DNA of 64,000 bases from an uncultured Prevotella sp. (lineage in GTDB: Bacteria > Bacteroidota > Bacteroidia > Bacteroidales > Bacteroidaceae). The notes under the pieces are model-generated. The model was not told where the DNA came from. It was given only the letters and a program-made list of their open reading frames with translations, and searched no databases. Location of the stretch: contig CALUMB010000002.1 in assembly GCA_944321645.1 (NCBI GenBank), positions 9,209 to 73,208 on the forward strand, written 5' to 3'. Shown here piece by piece: positions 58,038-64,000 of this stretch. The position numbers and the translations under genes are program-made. Position 1 is the stretch's first letter; each line of letters begins with the position of its first letter.

Positions 58038-60542
58038 ATGGAGAACAACAACAAAGACGCAATCAACGGCAGTGGGAACGTTCCGCAAGCGGAGCAAGAG
58101 TCGCAGTTCGACCTCAAGTCCATTTTCACGATGTTCCTGCTCAACTGGCAGTGGTTCGCCCTGTCGGTGTTTGTCTGCCTATGCCTCGCGGTGGTTTACC
58201 TTAGGTACAAAAGCCCGGTCTACCAAGTCGCGGTGAAAATCCTTATCAAAGACGACACCAACGGGCAGCCGCGAGGCGGCTCGCAGATGCTCGCCAACAT
58301 GCAAGACCTCGGCTTCGTGTCCAGCAGCAACGGCATCGACAACGAGGTTGAAATCCTCAACAGCCACATACTGGCGCGGGAGGTGGTGAAAGACCTCAAG
58401 CTCTACACCGAGTACAGGCTCGATGGGCGCCTCAAGGACCAGCTCATCTACAACACGCAGATGCTGAACGTTGACCTCGACACCGCCTCGCTGCGCCGCA
58501 TGGACGAGGGGTCGGGCAGCGTGAGGACGCTCGGCGTGAAGATGAAGGTGAACGCCGAGGGCGGCAAGTACCGCGTGGAGGGCAAGGTGCTCACCACCGA
58601 CGACGCCGAGCCGGAGAAGCCCTTCCAGGCCACGTTCTCCTCGCTGCCGGCCAAGGTGAAGACGTATGCGGGAGAGCTTACATTCACCCCGAACCTCCAC
58701 GCCATCCCCGCCGACACGAGGGAGCGCACGCTGCTCGTCAGCATAGTGCCGCCGTCGGCCGTGGCAGCGCGCTACATCGGCTCCATGTCGGTGGAACCAA
58801 CGTCGAAGATGACCACCATCGCCCTCGTAACCATCAGCGACAACATCGTCGAGAGGGGCGAGGACTTCCTGCGGCAGCTCGTGGTCTGCTACAACGAGCA
58901 GGCCAACGCCGACAAGAACGAGATAGCCATCAAGACCGAGAAGTTCATCAACGAGAGGCTCGAGAAGATAAACGCGGAGCTTGGCACGACCGAGGGCGAC
59001 CTCGAAAGCTACAAGCGCCAGCACAACCTCACGCAGCTGAAGCTCGACGCCACCGAGACGCTCGCGCAGTCGAGCGCCTACTCGCAGAAGCTCTCCGAGG
59101 CCGAGACGCAGAGGCAGCTGCTCGACTACCTGCGCGAATACATTGACAACCCGGAGAACAAGTACCAGATAATACCGTCGAACATCGGCCTGCAGGACGT
59201 GGCATCGACGGCGCTCATCAGCAAGTTCAACCAGACTGTGCTCGAGCGCAACAGGCTGCTCAACTCCGCATCGGAGATTGCCCCGCAGGTGGTGGCGCTC
59301 ACCGGCACGCTCGACCAGCTCGTTGAGAGCCTGCGCAAGGCCCTCAACCAGGCGCACCACAGCGCGACGATTACCTACAACAGCATAAAGGAGCAATACG
59401 ACCTCTACAAGAGCAAGATAGCCAACACGCCGGAGCAGGAGCGCATACTCACCCAAATTGGCCGCCAGCAGGAGGTGAAGTCGGGCCTCTACCTCATGCT
59501 ACTGCAGAAGCGCGAGGAGAACTCCATATCGCTTGCCGCCACGGCTGACAAGGGCTCGCTCATAGACGACCCGCTCTATGGCGGCAAGGTAAGCCCCAAG
59601 AGCAGCATGATAATGCTCGCCGCGCTCGTGTTCGGCGTGGGCATACCGTTCCTCGTGCTCTACCTCATGCAGCTCTTGCGCTTCAGGATTGAGGGACACG
59701 ACGACGTGGCGCGCCTCACCCCGCTGCCAATCGTGGCCGACGTGGCCGTGGCGAGCGAGAGCGCCAAAAGCTCGGCGGGCATTGTGGTGAAGGAGAACCA
59801 GAACAACCAGATAGACGAGATATTCCGCTCCATGCGCACAAACATACAGTTCATGCTTAGCGAGGGGCAGAAGGTGATAATGTTCACATCGTCGATGTCG
59901 GGCGAGGGCAAGACCTTCAACGCGGCGAACCTGGCCGTAAGCTTCGCGCTGCTCGGCAAGCGCGTGATACTGATGGGCCTCGACATACGCCGCCCGGCGC
60001 TTGGCCGCCTCTTCGGCATTGCCGACCGCAGCCTCGGCATAACGCCGCTGCTGGCCAAGGGCAACCCCACCGTGGCCGACATCGACAGCCAGATACAGCC
60101 GTCGGGAGTGAACGCCAACCTCGACCTGATGCTCGCAGGCCCCGTGCCGCCCAACCCCACCGAGCTGCTGGCACGCGAGAACATGGCAAACATCGTTGCC
60201 CACCTGAAGGAGAGGTACGACTACATCATCATGGACACCGCGCCCGTGGGCCTCGTGTCGGACACTCTGCAGATCGGGCGGCTCGCCGACGTGTCGGTGG
60301 TAATATGCCGCGCCGACTACACTCCCAAGTCGAGCTTCGAGAGCATCAACACCTTAGCTGCCGAAAACAAGCTGCCGAATATGTGCGTTGTGCTTAACGG
60401 TGTGGATATGTCGAAGAAGAAGTACGGCTACTACTACGGTTACGGTCGCTACGGCAAGTACGGGCACTACGGCTACGCCACGTATGGCAGCTACGCCAAC
60501 AGCCACTACGGCAACTCGGCCGACAATTCGATAAAGAGATGA
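58038..60542 (+). CDS. wzc: Polysaccharide co-polymerase / BY-kinase
   Basis: Two TM helices, Walker A 'SGEGKT', 'DIRRP', 'MDTAP', C-terminal Tyr cluster 'YGYYYGYGRYGKYG'. Confidence 0.93.
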   Translation: MENNNKDAINGSGNVPQAEQESQFDLKSIFTMFLLNWQWFALSVFVCLCLAVVYLRYKSPVYQVAVKILIKDDTNGQPRGGSQMLANMQDLGFVSSSNGIDNEVEILNSHILAREVVKDLKLYTEYRLDGRLKDQLIYNTQMLNVDLDTASLRRMDEGSGSVRTLGVKMKVNAEGGKYRVEGKVLTTDDAEPEKPFQATFSSLPAKVKTYAGELTFTPNLHAIPADTRERTLLVSIVPPSAVAARYIGSMSVEPTSKMTTIALVTISDNIVERGEDFLRQLVVCYNEQANADKNEIAIKTEKFINERLEKINAELGTTEGDLESYKRQHNLTQLKLDATETLAQSSAYSQKLSEAETQRQLLDYLREYIDNPENKYQIIPSNIGLQDVASTALISKFNQTVLERNRLLNSASEIAPQVVALTGTLDQLVESLRKALNQAHHSATITYNSIKEQYDLYKSKIANTPEQERILTQIGRQQEVKSGLYLMLLQKREENSISLAATADKGSLIDDPLYGGKVSPKSSMIMLAALVFGVGIPFLVLYLMQLLRFRIEGHDDVARLTPLPIVADVAVASESAKSSAGIVVKENQNNQIDEIFRSMRTNIQFMLSEGQKVIMFTSSMSGEGKTFNAANLAVSFALLGKRVILMGLDIRRPALGRLFGIADRSLGITPLLAKGNPTVADIDSQIQPSGVNANLDLMLAGPVPPNPTELLARENMANIVAHLKERYDYIIMDTAPVGLVSDTLQIGRLADVSVVICRADYTPKSSFESINTLAAENKLPNMCVVLNGVDMSKKKYGYYYGYGRYGKYGHYGYATYGSYANSHYGNSADNSIKR

Positions 60543-60985
60543 CCATTGCCATCGACTTCGACGGGACGATAGTTGAGCACCGCTATCCGGCTATAGGCCC
60601 CGAGCGGCCTTTCGCCATAGACACGCTCAAGATGCTCATCAACGACCGCCACAGGCTCATACTCTGGACTGTGCGCGAGGGCGAGCTGCTGCGGGAGGCC
60701 GTGGAATGGTGCCGTGAGAGGGGCGTGGAGTTCTGGGCGGTAAACCACGACTACCCGGAGGAGACCGAAGCGAACAACCCGCACTTCAGCCGCAAGCTCA
60801 AGGCCGACCTCTTTATCGACGACCGCAACCTCGGCGGGCTGCCCGACTGGGGAACCATCTACCGCATGGTTAGCCGAGGCAAGACTTGGGCCGACCTCAT
60901 TGCCGAGGCCGAAAGCGGTGCTTCGGCGATGGACTGCGGCGGCAGCGGACGGACGGGCAAGAAGAAACGGTGGTGGCAGTTCTGA
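60539..60985 (+). CDS. Small HAD-type phosphatase (BT0820-like)
   Basis: 'IAIDFDGTIVEH', 'LWTVR', 'RKLKADLFIDDRN'. Confidence 0.85.
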   Translation: MTIAIDFDGTIVEHRYPAIGPERPFAIDTLKMLINDRHRLILWTVREGELLREAVEWCRERGVEFWAVNHDYPEETEANNPHFSRKLKADLFIDDRNLGGLPDWGTIYRMVSRGKTWADLIAEAESGASAMDCGGSGRTGKKKRWWQF

Positions 60986-61016
60986 CCGTAATCTTTTCAT
61001 AAACTTCATACTATCG

Positions 61017-61057
61017 GCGCAGCCGGTGGCGGACTTCCGCCCCGGCTGCGCTTTTTT
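61017..61057 (+). terminator. Rho-independent terminator
   Basis: gcgcagccgg...ccggctgcgc followed by T6. Confidence 0.8.
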
Positions 61058-61190
61058 GCACCTGCCTGGCGGCCCTGGCCTTTGCCGTGCGCCCCGGCTT
61101 GCGGGTTTGTCGTGGCCGGGTGGGGGCGCGGGCATACGCGCACCACGGCCTTGCGGGGCGCCGGTGGCCGGTGGCGTGATGCCTTCTGGC

Positions 61191-61412
61191 GTTAACATTT
61201 TTAACTTAACGTGCGCCAAGATGTGCCAGGCTGCATAACAGCCTGGCACACAGCGTATTGCAAAACGGGGCGTTTTGCGCCCCGAAACGTGCCGTTTTGG
61301 ACTGCGAAACAGGCCGTTTTGCAAGCCGAAACGGGTCGTTTTGCGGCGCGTTTCCGCCCTGTGTTAAATTCAAGGCGGCCTGTGGCGGTTTTTAGTTGCA
61401 ATATTTCAAGTA
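61191..61412 (+). repeat. Phased-palindrome intergenic element, copy G
   Basis: GTTAAC at 61191; dyad at 61235; units at 61263, 61285, 61307, 61329; GTGTTAAA at 61361. Confidence 0.85.
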
Positions 61413-61433
61413 AGCTGCTGGTGATGGATGGGC

Positions 61434-61466
61434 AAAAAAGTGGCCGCCCCGGCTATGGGCGGCCAC
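61434..61466 (-). terminator. Rho-independent terminator for metY
   Basis: gtggccgccc / gggcggccac stem with A6 on the + strand (U6 on the transcript). Confidence 0.75.
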
Positions 61467-61515
61467 ATCAGTGGGCGGCATTCGCGTGCCGCTTCGCATT
61501 GTTGGCTTTTGTGTG

Positions 61516-62799
61516 TCAGAGCTTGTCGAGGGCCTGGCGTATGTCGTCGAGAATGTCCTCCACGTCCTCAATGCCCACCGAGAGGCGTATGAGGTCGGGC
61601 GCGATGCCGGCCTCGCGCAGCTGCTCGTCGGAGAGCTGGCGGTGGGTGTGGCTGGCGGGGTGGAGCACGCAGGTGCGTGCGTCGGCCACGTGGGTGACGA
61701 TGCTCGCCATCTGCAGCGAGTCCATGAACTTCACTGCGGTGCCGCGGTCGCCCTTAAGGCCGAAGGCCATCACGCCGCAGCTGCCCTGTGGCAGGTATTT
61801 CTCGGCAAGGGCGTGGTAGGGGTTGCCGGGCAGGCCGGGGTAGTTCACCCATGCCACGCGCGGGTCGGCGCTAAGGAACTCGGCCACCTTCTGCGCGTTC
61901 TGGCAGTGCTGGCGCACGCGCAGGTGGAGCGTCTGCAGGCCGATGTTGAGCAGGAACGAGTTCATGGGCGACGGCACTGAGCCGAGGTCGCGCATGAGCT
62001 GCGCCACGAGCTTGGTGGTGTAGCCCATCTTCCCGAAGGCTTCGGCATACACCAGTCCGTGGTACGACTCGTCGGGGGCGCACAGCCCGGGGTAGCGGTC
62101 GGCGTGGTCGAGCCACGGGAAGTTGCCGCTGTCCACCACGCATCCGCCCACCTGCATGGCGTGGCCGTCCATGTATTTTGTTGTCGAGTGCGTAACGATG
62201 TCGGCCCCCCACTCAAACGGGCGGCAGTTGATGGGCGTGGCGAAGGTGTTGTCCACGATGAGCGGCACGCCGTGGCTGTGGGCCAGGCGGGCGAAGCGCT
62301 CTATGTCGAGCACCTTGCAGCCGGGGTTGGAGATTGTCTCGCCGAACAGCACCTTTGTGTTGGGGCGGAACGCCTTTTCAATCTCCTCGTCGCCGGCCTC
62401 GGGGTTTACGAAGGTGCAGTCGATGCCGAGCTTCTTCAGCGTCACGCCGAAGAGGTTGTAGGTGCCTCCGTAAATCTCGTTCGAGGCCACTATGTGGTCG
62501 CCCGCCTCGCAGATGTTGAACACCGCGTAGAAGTTTGCCGCCTGCCCCGACGACGTGAGCACCGCGCCCACGCCGCCTTCGAGCGCGGCAATCTTTTGCG
62601 CCACGGCGTCGTTGGTGGGGTTTTGCAGTCGGGTGTAGAAGTAGCCCTCTTTCTTCAGGTCGAAGAGCAGGGCCATCTCGTCGCTGTCGTCATACTTGAA
62701 CGTGGTGCTCTGGATGATTGGCGGCTCGACAGGCTCGCCGTTCTTGGGCGTCCACCCTGCGCGGACGCAGAGCGACGCCGGTCTTAGTTTCTTTTCCAT
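61516..62799 (-). CDS. metY: O-acetylhomoserine aminocarboxypropyltransferase (sulfhydrylase)
   Basis: 'YTRLQNPT', 'IVDNTFATP', PLP-Lys 'HSTTKY', 'HPASHTHRQL', 'RLSVGIE'. Confidence 0.9.
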   Translation of the reverse strand: MEKKLRPASLCVRAGWTPKNGEPVEPPIIQSTTFKYDDSDEMALLFDLKKEGYFYTRLQNPTNDAVAQKIAALEGGVGAVLTSSGQAANFYAVFNICEAGDHIVASNEIYGGTYNLFGVTLKKLGIDCTFVNPEAGDEEIEKAFRPNTKVLFGETISNPGCKVLDIERFARLAHSHGVPLIVDNTFATPINCRPFEWGADIVTHSTTKYMDGHAMQVGGCVVDSGNFPWLDHADRYPGLCAPDESYHGLVYAEAFGKMGYTTKLVAQLMRDLGSVPSPMNSFLLNIGLQTLHLRVRQHCQNAQKVAEFLSADPRVAWVNYPGLPGNPYHALAEKYLPQGSCGVMAFGLKGDRGTAVKFMDSLQMASIVTHVADARTCVLHPASHTHRQLSDEQLREAGIAPDLIRLSVGIEDVEDILDDIRQALDKL

Positions 62800-62862
62800 T
62801 TCGCGTTGATTATAATTTTGCCGCGCCCGATGAAGGGCGCGGCGCGTTGCTTTTCTCTTATT

Positions 62863-62916
62863 TGGCCTATAGGGCTTATTGGCCTAATAGGTCTAATTAG
62901 TCTGATAGGACTAATG
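62863..62916. repeat. Degenerate 9-bp tandem repeat (x6)
   Basis: tggcctata gggcttatt ggcctaata ggtctaatt agtctgata ggactaatg. Confidence 0.6.
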
Positions 62917-62991
62917 GGATGCGCCTGCGCACACTGTTTGCCGCCAGGTGGGCTGGCGCAGCCCTAATCCTTAACTTTTAACCCTTGACTC

Positions 62992-64000
62992 TTAATTTCC
63001 CTTTCCCCAGGCCTCCAGGCGGTCGTATTCCTCCTTGGTGAGCCGCATGAAAGAGCCGTGCTGCGGGGCCTCCACGCCCTTTATGTCCTGCGGGGAGTGG
63101 AAGTTGCGCAGGTACTTGTCGGCCCGGCAGAGGCGGTAGCGCTTGGGCTTAGAGGAGTACTCGATGTAGCCGATCACCCACGTAGAGTCGCCCGCGAGCT
63201 GGAAGGCAGACACGCCCTCGCACTTCTTGTTGCCCTCGAAGTCTACGTAGTCGTCCTCCACCGGCTCGCTCCAGGGGCCTGTCAGCTTAGGCGCCGTGGC
63301 GGTGAAGAGGCCGCGCTGCCCGCCCTCCTTCTTTATCATCATGTGGTAGAGGCCGTCGGAGGCAAGGTAGTTGATGTCGGCGTCGATGGTGGCATAGCCC
63401 CAGTCGAAGAGCAGCCGCGGCTTGGTGAGCGTGGTGAACGACTCGTCGGCGTATGAGTAATACATACGGTCGTAGCCTTCCTCGGCGCGGTTGAGCATGG
63501 AGTAGTATATGAGGTAGCCGCCCTTGCGCCCGTCGGGCCACACGTATGCCGGGTCCCAGAATATCTGCGGTGCCCACACGCGGTTTATTTTAGAGTAGTC
63601 CTTGTATGGGTCGGGGCTGTCCTTGTCGGAGAAGATGGCCGCGCCCTTGCGGAAGTCGAACGTCGTGGACTTCCAGTTCAGCATGTCGTCGCTGGTGAGG
63701 AGGTTGATGCCGTAGTTGTCCCACACCTTGCTCTTGGCCACGCACATATCGGTGGTCACCATGAGGTAGCCCGAGCAGTCGTGCTTGCGGCAGATGTAAG
63801 CGTCGCGCGTGCCGCCCTCTATGCCGGCAAGCTTCTTCTGGTCGAACACGGGTTCGCCCCCGCGCAGGTCGTGGTAGTTGAATCCGTCGCGGCTGATGGC
63901 GTAGGCCGTCCACTCGCCGCGCCCGCTCATGTGGCAGAACAGGTAGCCGTAGTCGCCCTTTTGCGGGTTTTGCGCCGATGCTGTCGGCGCGGCGGCTGCG
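62992..64000 (-). CDS. Glycoside hydrolase, GH43-like five-bladed propeller; start outside window
   Basis: Frame stays open to 64000 (...ASAQNPQKGDYGYLFCHM); 'GTRDAY', 'WAPQ', 'TIDAD', 'CEG', 'PQHGS'. Confidence 0.85.
   Translation of the reverse strand, partial: AAAAPTASAQNPQKGDYGYLFCHMSGRGEWTAYAISRDGFNYHDLRGGEPVFDQKKLAGIEGGTRDAYICRKHDCSGYLMVTTDMCVAKSKVWDNYGINLLTSDDMLNWKSTTFDFRKGAAIFSDKDSPDPYKDYSKINRVWAPQIFWDPAYVWPDGRKGGYLIYYSMLNRAEEGYDRMYYSYADESFTTLTKPRLLFDWGYATIDADINYLASDGLYHMMIKKEGGQRGLFTATAPKLTGPWSEPVEDDYVDFEGNKKCEGVSAFQLAGDSTWVIGYIEYSSKPKRYRLCRADKYLRNFHSPQDIKGVEAPQHGSFMRLTKEEYDRLEAWGKGN

Noticed and set aside
62800-62860. SAM riboswitch upstream of metY
   Set aside because: Only a simple GC hairpin is visible; no SAM-I or SAM-II consensus recognised.

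Overview
High-GC Bacteroidales (Prevotella-like) chromosomal segment; the assignment rests on TAnnTTTG promoters, argF' and the gene families present. It contains: (i) a nine-gene type V pilus/outer-membrane operon (5242-19453) behind a G11-containing promoter; (ii) housekeeping blocks (pgeF-obgE-adk-hpt, nnr, argF'-proA-proB-acyl-CoA synthetase, ribD, prmC-recX-comF, pyrE-argH, rny-zapA, rfbA-wzc, metY); (iii) a BlaI/BlaR1-like operon whose sensor domain recurs as a stand-alone lipoprotein; (iv) an envelope-modification operon (EptA, two acyltransferases, a UbiA-type polyprenyl-phosphate phosphoribosyltransferase, and a HAD phosphatase fused to a polytopic membrane domain) that may build a lipid-linked ribofuranose donor. 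The most striking non-coding signal is a family of seven intergenic elements of about 200-290 bp. They diverge in sequence but keep near-fixed geometry (a 27-bp dyad, then four 22-bp-phased AAACG-N3-CGTTT palindromes), and five of the seven lie between convergent genes. A 199-bp TA-flanked MITE, REP-like pairs and a nested hairpin element are also present. No rRNA, tRNA, CRISPR array or transposase was recognised. Family names come from motif recognition by eye, not database searches.
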